From the NCBI GenBank assembly GCA_964419615.1, contig CAYQPU010000002.1, forward strand, positions 16,096 through 80,095: a stretch of 64,000 bases of DNA. The letters are read 5' to 3'. The position numbers and the translations under genes are program-made. A model generated the notes under the pieces. The model saw only the letters and a program-made list of their open reading frames with translations, ran no database searches and was not told the origin of the DNA. Source of the stretch: an uncultured Methanosarcinales archaeon (lineage in GTDB: Archaea; Nanobdellota; Nanobdellia; Woesearchaeales; JAGVZT01). Shown one piece after another: positions 38,266 through 48,265 of this stretch (position 1 is the stretch's first letter; each line of letters opens with the position of its first letter).

Positions 38266-39269
38266 GGTTCAGAAACCACCCTTTTATCCATATAATCAGT
38301 CAGGTTATACTTTGTAATATGGTAAATCTCAAGTTTAAAACCGTAAAAATCATCGGCAACTTGACTAGAACTAACAGAGGTAATATTCCACAAACTCTTA
38401 TTGCCTACAGTTGAATCAATACACCTTTTACTATAATAACAATAATCAACATAAGTCCAAGGATCATCACTAACAAAGCCAAACTCATTTGGATTAATAA
38501 ATGACTCCATACCACAGCAAGCTGAAGCATTTGAGTTGTTCTCAAATCGCATTAAGAAACTTGGAGCATCTGTCTCAAAAGTATAGTTAATATCCAAAAT
38601 ATGGTTATTAATCAGATCAACAGTCCAATCAGTTGAATTTGCAAACCCTATCTCATTTGAGTAGTCTTCATTAATAATGTAATATGGATCATAAAATCTA
38701 TTTAGTTCCAAAACACCAGTGATAATAGAGGTAGTATTCCAAATAGCAATACCTGCATCAAGGTTAATAGTTATGTTTAAATCAATTGCAACCTGACTAA
38801 AACCAGTATCATTATCTTGGTGAATAGTAACATCATTAACAGTAAAATTAAGGTACAGCATCATTTCTTCAGCTGCCAAATCCTGAACCATCACCAGTTT
38901 TTCTGGAAATGTGTTATTAACCATATTATTAATACCATAAGTTTCATTTAGGCTTTGGGAATTCAAAGTACCAAACAAAACAACTTCTGAGAAATTCGCT
39001 TGGACATCTGAAAGAGGTTTACCTGAATCATTAACATAACTAACTAATGCTTTAACAGCACTATAACTCGAACCAGTTAAAGCTCTTTTAAGAAGAGTTG
39101 TATGCAAGCTCTCCATCAAACCATTGGCCTTATTAATTCTTGTTTGCACTGTCATAATTCTGCTTACCTGAGGAAGACTTTCATAATTGGGCATAAAAAA
39201 AGCAATAACCGCAACCACCAATGTAACTGTGATCAAAGTCAGAAACATGGCCCTTTTATTCATTGCCAA
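38262..39269 (-). CDS. Class III signal-peptide (pilin-like) secreted protein
   Basis: MNKRA|MFLTLITVTLVV; many NxT/S sequons. Confidence 0.65.
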   Translation of the reverse strand: MAMNKRAMFLTLITVTLVVAVIAFFMPNYESLPQVSRIMTVQTRINKANGLMESLHTTLLKRALTGSSYSAVKALVSYVNDSGKPLSDVQANFSEVVLFGTLNSQSLNETYGINNMVNNTFPEKLVMVQDLAAEEMMLYLNFTVNDVTIHQDNDTGFSQVAIDLNITINLDAGIAIWNTTSIITGVLELNRFYDPYYIINEDYSNEIGFANSTDWTVDLINNHILDINYTFETDAPSFLMRFENNSNASACCGMESFINPNEFGFVSDDPWTYVDYCYYSKRCIDSTVGNKSLWNITSVSSSQVADDFYGFKLEIYHITKYNLTDYMDKRVVSEP

Positions 39270-39793
39270 ATTCTCACCTCAGCTGTAGCCGGACCCCAGG
39301 TAAACTCCTCTCTCAGTAATCCTAAAATCAATCTTTTTGATGTCACCAATTGCTCTGACTCATTTTGTAAAGCATTACCTGAATTAATTGTTAAGTTAAA
39401 GCTATCTGTAGTATTGTAAATCCAAAGCTCAAAACCAAAATTATCGGGAACAGAATTATCAGCAACAGCCAATAAAAAATTTTCCGCAAGAAAAGTTCGA
39501 TTGGTCATATAAAAAACAGTAGCCTGCTCAATTAAAGTATTATCTGCATTAGTAATATTCGTGCTTCCATTTGTATAAAGTGAATAAACAAAGTCATCAT
39601 TAACCTCATACACTTTTGTCTCTGCAAGTAAATCCATAATATCATCACTAAGAAAAATACCTTGCAATTGGTAAGGTTTTTGACTGTGAAAAGAAAAAAT
39701 CAGGATAACGCTTAAAACTAAAACACTAATTGCAATAAATGCATCTAGCATAAAAAAATACCCCTTTTTCATAAAAAGAAAAACCCTAATCAA
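39260..39793 (-). CDS. Class III signal-peptide (pilin-like) protein
   Basis: MKKG|YFFMLDAFIAI. Confidence 0.65.
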   Translation of the reverse strand: MIRVFLFMKKGYFFMLDAFIAISVLVLSVILIFSFHSQKPYQLQGIFLSDDIMDLLAETKVYEVNDDFVYSLYTNGSTNITNADNTLIEQATVFYMTNRTFLAENFLLAVADNSVPDNFGFELWIYNTTDSFNLTINSGNALQNESEQLVTSKRLILGLLREEFTWGPATAEVRIWQ

Positions 39794-39820
39794 TGTATAT
39801 AAATTTTGTGCAAATATTAA

Positions 39821-40366
39821 TTATTTAGACAATCCAATCTTCTCAAAACTCTTTAGCAAAGAAAATTTTATCTCTGGATGATTATCTTCAAATTGGTTAA
39901 TAAAATCTGTAATATCTTTATTGTAAGGTTTTGATTCTTTGAATTTAAAATCTTTAATGTTGGCAAACATCGTAACCTCTTTTTGACTAACAGTCTTGAG
40001 TAGTTTAACCTCTTTTGTATTATCTTCAGATTTAGTTGATGTGAACATTCTTTCTAATTGCAGTTGGATCTCTTGATCTAAGTTCCAGGGAACGACCACA
40101 ATATCGCATTCACCCTTATCACCAACAATAACTTTTGATCTAATTACCTTAGCAATTTTCTTTGTTAAAAAAATAGACACAGCAGCGTTCTCAGAGCCAT
40201 CATCCACAACTCTAATCACACTGTTAGGCTTAAACCTTTTATTGATTCTAATATCTTTTCTAACTCTTTTCTCAATAAGCTTAACAAAACAAGAATTACA
40301 TAATGGGCCTGGAAATGGATCTATCCTAAATGTACTCTTTTCTTTGCTGCATTTGAAACATTTCAT
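39821..40366 (-). CDS. Degenerate TtuA/Ncs6 (tRNA thiolase)-like protein
   Basis: N-terminal CxxC...LCxxCF..LIEKRVRK; no SGGKDS PP-loop. Confidence 0.5.
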   Translation of the reverse strand: MKCFKCSKEKSTFRIDPFPGPLCNSCFVKLIEKRVRKDIRINKRFKPNSVIRVVDDGSENAAVSIFLTKKIAKVIRSKVIVGDKGECDIVVVPWNLDQEIQLQLERMFTSTKSEDNTKEVKLLKTVSQKEVTMFANIKDFKFKESKPYNKDITDFINQFEDNHPEIKFSLLKSFEKIGLSK

Positions 40367-40415
40367 AATAATAAAAAATAAAAAGAATTAGTATATAAAA
40401 TGAATGAAAATAAAC

Positions 40416-40817
40416 TTACAGATGCTTAAAGTCGTCATATTCCAATATCGGAACAGACTCAACAGGTATTTCAGTTTCTGCATTTTCCATCCATATACCA
40501 AAATTTGAAGCTTCTCTAAAAATCATGTAAGCTGTTTTATCTATCCTTAGCTGTAAAACATTATCAACCTTTGTCTGCCTACAAAATAATCCATTGCTTC
40601 CTGTTGAATCATGCTCATACATAAGTTGCATACCTTCATATGGTCCTACAATAAAAGCTTGATCAACATTTAAATCCTCTATAGCTAAATATTCAGGATT
40701 AATTCCAATTATTCTCAAACCTGCATCACTTAATTCATCAATCGGTACTCTAAATTCAACTCCAGCCTTCGCCAGCGTTTCTAGCCCATTTCTAACTTTA
40801 TCTCTCATTTTTATCAT
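40416..40817 (-). CDS. Hypothetical protein
   Basis: 133-aa ORF. Confidence 0.5.
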   Translation of the reverse strand: MIKMRDKVRNGLETLAKAGVEFRVPIDELSDAGLRIIGINPEYLAIEDLNVDQAFIVGPYEGMQLMYEHDSTGSNGLFCRQTKVDNVLQLRIDKTAYMIFREASNFGIWMENAETEIPVESVPILEYDDFKHL

Positions 40818-40931
40818 ACCTATTAATTAAATTTAGAGAGTGAATTTACTTATTTAAATCTTTCTTAATTTACCACTTGCAAGTGGCCTAGTTTAAAAAA
40901 ATTTATTAACCCTGACCAATTTCGTAATCTT

Positions 40932-41330
40932 ATGAACCTTGAAGAACTCAAATCAATGTCAATGGGTGCAATCAAAGGATTGTATAGTTTTGATCCCGAA
41001 TACCAGGTTACAAAAATTGCATTAGCCTCAACAGGAAGATTTACAAAAATAGCAAAAGTTAGTGATTCTATTACACTGGAAAGATTCATTGAAGCAAGAT
41101 TATCTAATTCTGACACTTGGATGATGCTAAATAATCCTCAGCCTTCTGAAGGATTTAGTTGGATCTTAGCTTATGTTGATAATGGCGAATATGTGCCACC
41201 AGGTAAATTAAATCTTGACCAATTAACACGGATAGTAAGGCAGAGGATTCTGGGTTTTGATCCAAATCAAAAAGCAGTAGATGCTTACAACAATGTTCCT
41301 GAATTAGATCTAGCTAAATTGTCTCAATAA
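40932..41330 (+). CDS. Hypothetical protein
   Basis: 132-aa ORF with an upstream TTTAAAAA box. Confidence 0.55.
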   Translation: MNLEELKSMSMGAIKGLYSFDPEYQVTKIALASTGRFTKIAKVSDSITLERFIEARLSNSDTWMMLNNPQPSEGFSWILAYVDNGEYVPPGKLNLDQLTRIVRQRILGFDPNQKAVDAYNNVPELDLAKLSQ

Positions 41331-41344
41331 GAATAGGATCCTTC

Positions 41345-41677
41345 TTATTTCATCAATCCCAATGCAACCAAATCATCCCTTCTCTTTTGATACATATCTC
41401 CGCTCTCAGGAGTTAACTGAGTTGAAATGCTTTTACTTCCCGACATAAAAGAGATCATATTTCCAGTATTCGCAAGCATATAACGGGGAGTTGTCAATAA
41501 TTGAATAGTGTCTGGCTCAAAATTATAATGAAAGTAAAAAGTCATCATTTCACAAGCCCTTACCTCAAACACTCTCATTGGACTATTTTTTGCATATATA
41601 ATTGAATTTGGCTCCAAACTATCAATATCTTCCCTAGATATTATCTGAACCAGCCTTTCTTCTAATAGTTTATTCAT
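41345..41677 (-). CDS. Hypothetical protein
   Basis: 110-aa ORF. Confidence 0.5.
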   Translation of the reverse strand: MNKLLEERLVQIISREDIDSLEPNSIIYAKNSPMRVFEVRACEMMTFYFHYNFEPDTIQLLTTPRYMLANTGNMISFMSGSKSISTQLTPESGDMYQKRRDDLVALGLMK

Positions 41678-41820
41678 AATAAAGTGGAAAATCAGATTAA
41701 TTCATATATGTTTTCATTAAGCCCTAAAGTGTCACTACTCGAGAAAAGCTATAAACGAAAAGTATTTATATAAGTTATATTTACTATAGAGTAGATAATA
41801 AATCATAATCACCTCTTTTT

Positions 41821-41854
41821 CCCGCGAAGGTTCTCTTCGGAGAGCCTTCAAGGG
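41821..41854. terminator. GC-rich hairpin (C-TTCG-G loop) flanked by T tracts, just after a triple stop
   Basis: CCC..GAAGGTTCTC TTCG GAGAGCCTTC..GGG; the minus-strand gene ends TGA TGA TAA at 41865-41857. Confidence 0.55.
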
Positions 41855-41862
41855 TTTTATCA

Positions 41863-43833
41863 TCATTTAGGCTTTTTCCTTGATTTCCGAGAAACAGTTT
41901 TTCTTTTTTTGAATATAGTTTTAAGCTTTTTAGACTTTCTGGATTTATTTTTAGCCTTTTTTATCTTGGTTTTCCTTTTTGATTTTCTAGGTTGGTTTTT
42001 CCGCTTTTTAACAGATTTTTTCTTCTTTGTAGGTGGTTTTTTCATAAGCTTACTTCGCTTAATCTTAATCTCAATAAACTTACCCTTAGAAGTCTTTCCA
42101 AGCCTTCTTAGGTAAACTGCCACTACCACAATAATAAGCAAAACTGCGAACTGTGAAGCAAAAACAGCAATATCTCCAATAACAATTTTCCTTTGGTGAT
42201 TAAAATACATATCAAAATTACTTAACTCCAAAGCATACTCTGAATAAAGCACTGCTGATTCAGGATCTTCAATTTCTAAACTTCTTGCATACTCATAATA
42301 ACTGTAACCTAAAATTGGAAACACATCTCTTTTTGTTTCTTTAACAATGATCCTTTTTGAAATCTCCAGCTTTCTTGCAAGCATTCTTTTCATATCATCC
42401 CTACTTAAACCAACCACACTCAAGATAAGGTTAGTTCTTGCTTTAACCTTTGATGCTCTAAAAATACAAAGCTCATAATCCTGATTTTGCATATCTTGCT
42501 GTGCTTCATCAAGATCCTTTCTAATTTCAAATAATGGCATTGGAAAAAATGAATTAGCATACTGTACTCTTTCTTCAGCTTCTGCAAGTTTATCAAGACA
42601 AAATTTTTGCAAATCCACCTTTCCAATCTCAAATTCCTTGCCATCTTGACCAAAAAATTCAGCCCAAGATTGCGCAGAATAAACTCTTTCAATACCAAGT
42701 GAGAGTTGCAATAAAGATTGATTCTTATTACCATCAATCAAAGCTTTCTTACTTTCAGCAAGATGCTCATGCGCTTCCTTAAGTCTCTCACTAACAACCA
42801 GATACGTTTGCAAATCTGAAATAGTGCTCAGTGGAATTGCAGAGATTTGGTTCTTAAATCGATTAACATCCCGACTTGCAATACTATTGTATTTCAAGAT
42901 CTCTTCATTTGAAAGATCATAAGTTAATAATTTTAAATATTGATACTGAACATTAGCTCCAAAACAAAATGAAGCTACAGAATAATATGCTTTATTATCA
43001 AGAGCCCTTTGTGCGCTCAGGGTTAGATTATTACCCTTATCAAAAATATCTCTATGTTTTGGGAAACTGGAAAATTGAGAATCAAATAAAATATCAACAT
43101 TTCGTTTACATAAATTTGCAGCTACCTGACTCATAGTCTCAACATACTGTTCATCAATCATAACCTCTTCATCATACTCATAATACCTTTTACCAGTCAT
43201 TTCAAAAACAACATCATTAATCTCAGCCACTTCTCTCACTTCCACACCAAGTTCAGAACCAAATTGAACTAAATCCAAAGTCTTATTTGAACCATCTGTC
43301 ACATTTATAATTTCCTGATATCTTTTACCCTCTGGGATTAAAACAACACCCATCTTGATTTCCCCTGCAGCCTCAATCTTTTCTTTAATACCTGCCACAG
43401 GTCCGATAATACCCCCGGAATTAATAGTTCCAGTAACTGTAATACCATCATCAAATCTAAGATGTTGCAGAACAATAACTGTCAAGGCAGTTGCAGCTCC
43501 TCCTGCTGAAGGACCTCCCACAATAGGAGATCCAGATCTAACCTCATAAAAAAAATCATACTTGTCACAGTCTTTATCCAAAAAATCACAAGCAAACTCT
43601 TTTGCCATTCTAAAAGAAATCTGAGTATCTACTTTTGTTAAGGGATAAGTTGAAATAAACACTCTGCCACTACCGGACCTAATCTCCAAATCAAGATCAG
43701 CAATAGCTCCAGTCAATCCATCTGGAGTCTGAGTCACAGCTAAGACTTTCATATGTCCTTTTTGTGCCATAGCAGATTGTGAGAGCATAGCTATTGATAT
43801 AAATAGAATTAAGATTAGTCTTATTCTTCTCAT
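41863..43833 (-). CDS. Secreted/membrane-anchored Lon-like S16 serine protease without an ATPase domain
   Basis: Signal peptide; GPSAG (Ser) and GIKEKI (Lys) dyad; helical repeats; TM; Lys-rich tail. Confidence 0.82.
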   Translation of the reverse strand: MRRIRLILILFISIAMLSQSAMAQKGHMKVLAVTQTPDGLTGAIADLDLEIRSGSGRVFISTYPLTKVDTQISFRMAKEFACDFLDKDCDKYDFFYEVRSGSPIVGGPSAGGAATALTVIVLQHLRFDDGITVTGTINSGGIIGPVAGIKEKIEAAGEIKMGVVLIPEGKRYQEIINVTDGSNKTLDLVQFGSELGVEVREVAEINDVVFEMTGKRYYEYDEEVMIDEQYVETMSQVAANLCKRNVDILFDSQFSSFPKHRDIFDKGNNLTLSAQRALDNKAYYSVASFCFGANVQYQYLKLLTYDLSNEEILKYNSIASRDVNRFKNQISAIPLSTISDLQTYLVVSERLKEAHEHLAESKKALIDGNKNQSLLQLSLGIERVYSAQSWAEFFGQDGKEFEIGKVDLQKFCLDKLAEAEERVQYANSFFPMPLFEIRKDLDEAQQDMQNQDYELCIFRASKVKARTNLILSVVGLSRDDMKRMLARKLEISKRIIVKETKRDVFPILGYSYYEYARSLEIEDPESAVLYSEYALELSNFDMYFNHQRKIVIGDIAVFASQFAVLLIIVVVAVYLRRLGKTSKGKFIEIKIKRSKLMKKPPTKKKKSVKKRKNQPRKSKRKTKIKKAKNKSRKSKKLKTIFKKRKTVSRKSRKKPK

Positions 43834-43938
43834 AATTTCCCTCTTTTTTATAATCAGATATATTGATAATATATAAGAGTTGTGTTTAAAAACATGTTTT
43901 ATAGAAAAACTTATATTTAGCTATGGAAAAATCAAATT

Positions 43939-44532
43939 ATGGTGTCTGCGTACATTGGGGCAATGTTAATTGGCCTTTTCCATGGATTAGAACCGGGACA
44001 TGGCTGGCCAATAGCTGCATTATATTCATTAAAAAAACAAAATAAATATTTGTTTGGATTAATAAGCGCATTAATCATATCATTTTTTCACTTTTTTTCA
44101 TCAATCATTGTTGTAATTGCATTTATGTTCTTAAAAAACAGATTTAATTTGGGTGAGATGCCAATCCTAAGATACATTGCAGGAGTACTATTGTTGTACA
44201 TGGCATATAAATTTTGGACAGACCACTCACACTCTGAAAAGACCAAAGTTGGAACCTTAAAGGAAATTGCAATCTTTGCATTTGTACTTGGATTTGCACA
44301 TCAAGAAGAATTTGCTTTGCTAGCATTTTGTTTAAATAATGTAAATTGTCTACTGCTGATGATATTGTATGCAAGCGCTGTAACAGTATCTTTAATCACA
44401 TTAACAATGTTATCAATCAAAGCCTATGAACAAATAGAACAAAAAATGCATAATTTGGAACATCTATTACCAAAGATTTCTGCAGTGATATTGTTTGTAT
44501 TAGCAGTATTGTATTTTTTAAATTTGGTTTAA
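43939..44532 (+). CDS. Nickel/cobalt transporter-like membrane protein (RcnA/NiCoT-like)
   Basis: FHGLEPGHGWP motif; multi-TM; GFAHQEE. Confidence 0.7.
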   Translation: MVSAYIGAMLIGLFHGLEPGHGWPIAALYSLKKQNKYLFGLISALIISFFHFFSSIIVVIAFMFLKNRFNLGEMPILRYIAGVLLLYMAYKFWTDHSHSEKTKVGTLKEIAIFAFVLGFAHQEEFALLAFCLNNVNCLLLMILYASAVTVSLITLTMLSIKAYEQIEQKMHNLEHLLPKISAVILFVLAVLYFLNLV

Positions 44533-45944
44533 GTTACTAACACATTCTCTTGCAATAATGGACCATAGGCAATTGCTTGCATTACTTGAACATCTGTTTT
44601 AGTGAAAAAAGCTGATCCTTCATGGCACTGATCATAACCTTGCTCTTCTTGAGACATATATCTTAAAATAAGATTACCTTGACTGTTAAATTCTACTCCA
44701 AGAGGATAATACTGTGATTCCCTCGGGTAGATGTGAAAATAAAAACAAGGACCATTCTGCAGAAAATTAAGAAATTGCATTAATTGTCTATTATCCTTTA
44801 TACCAAGAGTTGTAGATATAAAATCGGGTTCTTCTTTATTCATTATCATAATTCTTAATGCCTCAGCGTCACTATCATTCATATCATATACTTGTTTCAT
44901 ATCATCCAAAAGAGTTGGAGACAATTCTTCTCCATTCTTTATTTCCATCCATGCAAAAAGTGATCTAAGATTTAGCCTCTGCCTATAATCATGATCAGAC
45001 CAATACACATGCCCATGATCATAGGCTAGGTAAGCAATATCATCATGTATTAGTTTGCCTTCGTCAATCCTGATTTCACCTGCACCTTCTAAAGCTAAGT
45101 ATTCAAAATAAGAAGTGGTAGCATCATCTATATCTAAAAATCCTTCAATTAATTCAAATAAATAATTTGCAGATCTTTTTTTACCTTTTTCCCACTCAAA
45201 ACCAGCAAAAGATTTAACCACTGTATCAGAAAACCTACTCTTTGCGGCAGTATAAGCTGAATTCAACCTACTCATAACTTCATTGGCTCTTAATCTCATG
45301 GCAGATTTAATTAATTCATATTCATGCTCAATTACTGCATATTTTTCTTTTCCTAAAAAGTAGGTTTTTTGTTCATCCGGTTTTAATTCTGCAATCTCTG
45401 AGCTCTCCAACGTTATTGGCTTTGGAGAATTTTTAAATCTTTTAAACCAATCACTATAATCTATACCTTTTACAGCGTTATTATAATCTCCAAAAATCAT
45501 ATTATATTGTTTGGCATTTTCAGGATGAATAAAATCCGGAAACCACATTCGCGACAGAGTGATATAAGCACTCCTTACTTGAGCAAAGGTACAATCTTCT
45601 GGCAGATGTAAGAATTTAAATGGATTCTGTTCAATTTCCGCTTCCTCTCCGGTTGGAATACTTGATGAAACTTCAATACCCCTGTAAGCCTTCATCCTCT
45701 GTTCTTCATCTTTGATAATCGCATAATATTCCTTTGAATGCAAAAATGCCTTGCCTTTAGATTCAATTGTATTTTTTTCAAATTCAATATCTTCACCCAG
45801 TTGATCATCTAAGGTTACAGAAGTTCTAGCAGAAAAATTTGTAGGAGTCTCTCTTAGATCATCGTAATCCATGATCTGAAATACAATATTTCTGGTATTA
45901 ATATCACTGTGAATCCCAACTTTATCTGAAAAATCATGTTCCAT
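44529..45944 (-). CDS. Hypothetical protein with a divergent J-domain-like segment
   Basis: NPFKFLHLPEDCTFAQVRSAYITLSRMWFPD...MSRLNSAY. Confidence 0.55.
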   Translation of the reverse strand: MEHDFSDKVGIHSDINTRNIVFQIMDYDDLRETPTNFSARTSVTLDDQLGEDIEFEKNTIESKGKAFLHSKEYYAIIKDEEQRMKAYRGIEVSSSIPTGEEAEIEQNPFKFLHLPEDCTFAQVRSAYITLSRMWFPDFIHPENAKQYNMIFGDYNNAVKGIDYSDWFKRFKNSPKPITLESSEIAELKPDEQKTYFLGKEKYAVIEHEYELIKSAMRLRANEVMSRLNSAYTAAKSRFSDTVVKSFAGFEWEKGKKRSANYLFELIEGFLDIDDATTSYFEYLALEGAGEIRIDEGKLIHDDIAYLAYDHGHVYWSDHDYRQRLNLRSLFAWMEIKNGEELSPTLLDDMKQVYDMNDSDAEALRIMIMNKEEPDFISTTLGIKDNRQLMQFLNFLQNGPCFYFHIYPRESQYYPLGVEFNSQGNLILRYMSQEEQGYDQCHEGSAFFTKTDVQVMQAIAYGPLLQENVLVT

Positions 45945-46052
45945 TTTGTAATCACTAGGGAATCAAGTTATATATAAAAGGCTTTGTGAGAAATAAATAA
46001 AAAAGCAACATTTTTATATATAAATCCACTGTACGTTGAATGGTGATATGAA

Positions 46053-46598
46053 ATGTGGATAATATTAGGTGGAGGATTATTTTTTACTGCTTTAGTATTT
46101 GCAGTAACATACAATACTTTTGTGGTTTTACAAAACAGAATAGATAACGCAGAAAGTCAAATTGATGTTCAACTAAAGAAAAGACATGATCTAGTACCAA
46201 ATCTTGTGGAAACAGTAAAAGGCTATGCTAAACATGAAAAAACAGTATTTAGCGAAGTAACAAAAGCTAGAACTGCTTGGTCAAAAGCAAAATCAGTAGA
46301 GCAGAAAGGAAAAGCAGCAAACATGCTTTCAGGCGCTCTAAAAAGTCTTTTTGCAGTAGCAGAAGCTTATCCTGACTTAAAGGCAAACGAGAACTTTTTA
46401 TTGCTTCAAGAAGAATTAAGTGGAATTGAAAACAAAATTGCCTATGCAAGACAATTCTTTAATGACACAGTTCTTAAATTCAACAACAAAGTAGAACAGT
46501 TTCCTTCAAACTTAATTGCTAATATCTTTAAATTTGAAGAGCAAAAATTCTTTGAAATAGAAAAGGCAGAGAAAAAACCGGTAAAGGTTTCTTTTTAA
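46053..46598 (+). CDS. lemA: LemA family protein
   Basis: [43 protein letters not shown]. Confidence 0.95.
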   Translation: MWIILGGGLFFTALVFAVTYNTFVVLQNRIDNAESQIDVQLKKRHDLVPNLVETVKGYAKHEKTVFSEVTKARTAWSKAKSVEQKGKAANMLSGALKSLFAVAEAYPDLKANENFLLLQEELSGIENKIAYARQFFNDTVLKFNNKVEQFPSNLIANIFKFEEQKFFEIEKAEKKPVKVSF

Positions 46599-46641
46599 GC
46601 CTTTCCAATTCTTTTTATATTTCTTATATATCTCTTTTTGA

Positions 46642-47634
46642 ATGGCAGCAAATAAAAAATCAGACACAAATCAAGGTCCTCTGTTTGGAATAATCAGACC
46701 TAGAAATGATAGATTTCCTAATGGAGACCCTGCAACAGATAGTAGATTTAAAGTAAAACCAGGTAATGAACATAAAGTAACCCAACCTCAATGGAAAACC
46801 ATTGATGGTCACGACCAAAGACATATTTCTGCTCCACAAAGAGATTACATTGTACAGTTGGAGAATTCCTTTAGACAAGATATGGGAATTTTAATAGCAG
46901 ATACTAATCTTTTATTCTCGGATCCTGTAGATTACCAAAGCAAATGGGCTTTGCGTACAGAAAGAACTTGGGAGATAGCAAATGAATTGGCAACACTTTA
47001 TGGCCCAGATGAGCTTGCTGTTGAAGGTTTAAGAGGTTTAGATGTTGTTGAAAGAAAAAATCTTGATCCTTTTTATCAAGCTGAGGGAAACACAATTCTT
47101 ACAGTATTAATGAAAGAGCCAATGTATACAGAATTGGGCATTCATCCAAAAAGTCAAGAGCATGAGATTTCTTCCCACAATAATTTCTTTGGTGAAGTTG
47201 ATAAAGGAGCATTGGAATTAATCCTGTGTGGAGTTGCAGAAAAAGTATGCGAAGAGTGGCACTGTAATTATGATATGTCTGGCCAAGATGACAAAGAGTT
47301 AGTATTTGAGATGTACTGGGATGCCATTCCAGGTGAAGATTTTGAGCGTATGATTGCTAGATTAGAGCTTCAAGAAAGTGATGGTGAAGATGGAAAAGAA
47401 TACTCAATTTTGGCAGTAGGCCTACCATTAAAGCAATACTTAAATGAAGTAATGGCTGAGGATCAAATCCACTTTTTGATGCCAGAAACAAAAAGGCATT
47501 CTAAGGACAAACCAGATTATCACAATCATGTTTTAACCCAGACTGGTGTTCAGGCAGCTTATGAGAGTAGAGGTTGCTCCCCTAACTGTGGTCCTGAAAC
47601 GCACATACCACGTCCAAGACCTCATCGTGGTTAA
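46642..47634 (+). CDS. Hypothetical protein
   Basis: 330-aa ORF; no motif recognised. Confidence 0.6.
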   Translation: MAANKKSDTNQGPLFGIIRPRNDRFPNGDPATDSRFKVKPGNEHKVTQPQWKTIDGHDQRHISAPQRDYIVQLENSFRQDMGILIADTNLLFSDPVDYQSKWALRTERTWEIANELATLYGPDELAVEGLRGLDVVERKNLDPFYQAEGNTILTVLMKEPMYTELGIHPKSQEHEISSHNNFFGEVDKGALELILCGVAEKVCEEWHCNYDMSGQDDKELVFEMYWDAIPGEDFERMIARLELQESDGEDGKEYSILAVGLPLKQYLNEVMAEDQIHFLMPETKRHSKDKPDYHNHVLTQTGVQAAYESRGCSPNCGPETHIPRPRPHRG

Positions 47635-48220
47635 TTGTTTGGCCAAACATAACTGGCCAAGTATATTTTTTTAATTTTTCTTGTAATTCTTGTCTAATCT
47701 TAACATCAGTTGTTTCAATCAAATCTTTGACAATAATAAAATTATATCCTTTTGAAAAACCACCTTGAATAGTAGCGTGAACACAACCCTCTCCAAAAAT
47801 ACCTGTGATAATCAAATGTGTGATTTTATTTTCTTTTAAGAACTTGTCAAACTTTGGATTAGTAAATGCGTCATAAGTGTTTTTTGTTATAACAAGATCT
47901 TCTTTATCAGGTTTTAATTTAAAAAACTCTTCACTAAAGCCAGACTCATCACTTGAATAATACCTGCACTCAGGATCTTTATACAACTCAACAATATTCT
48001 TTGCCAAAAACTCCTCTCTCCATGGAACACAATTAACATAAACAACCTTGCCTCCATGTCTTTTGTACTTTTGAATAAACTGCTTAAGTTTTGGGATCAT
48101 TTCTCTGATTTTGTTAAAGGAAATATTTGTACCTTTGCTTTCACATTTCTCATGGCAGCAGTCGTTTATAATATCAATAACAATCAAAGCAGTGTTTTGG
48201 ATAGTGATTTTGGGTTTCAT
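47582..48220 (-). CDS. Isochorismatase/cysteine hydrolase family protein
   Basis: ALIVIDIIND, KNTYDAF, GIFGEGCVHAT. Confidence 0.85.
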   Translation of the reverse strand: MKPKITIQNTALIVIDIINDCCHEKCESKGTNISFNKIREMIPKLKQFIQKYKRHGGKVVYVNCVPWREEFLAKNIVELYKDPECRYYSSDESGFSEEFFKLKPDKEDLVITKNTYDAFTNPKFDKFLKENKITHLIITGIFGEGCVHATIQGGFSKGYNFIIVKDLIETTDVKIRQELQEKLKKYTWPVMFGQTINHDEVLDVVCAFQDHS

Positions 48221-48265
48221 TTAAGTACAAATAGAATCAGATTATAAAAATATTGGTAAAAATAA

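Noticed and set aside
38262-39793. Pilin-like class III signal genes (also 60646-61950) as a novel system
   Set aside because: Such genes are common in DPANN genomes and no assembly ATPase or platform gene is in the window; kept as features only.
41821-41865. SECIS element or stop-codon recoding at TGA TGA TAA
   Set aside because: The hairpin is a simple stem with a TTCG loop, three consecutive stops argue for strict termination, and no selenoprotein-like in-frame TGA was seen.
43939-44532. Functional link between the Ni/Co transporter-like gene and the His-rich peptide
   Set aside because: Attractive, but the genes are ~35 kb apart with unrelated genes between; nothing in the sequence supports it.
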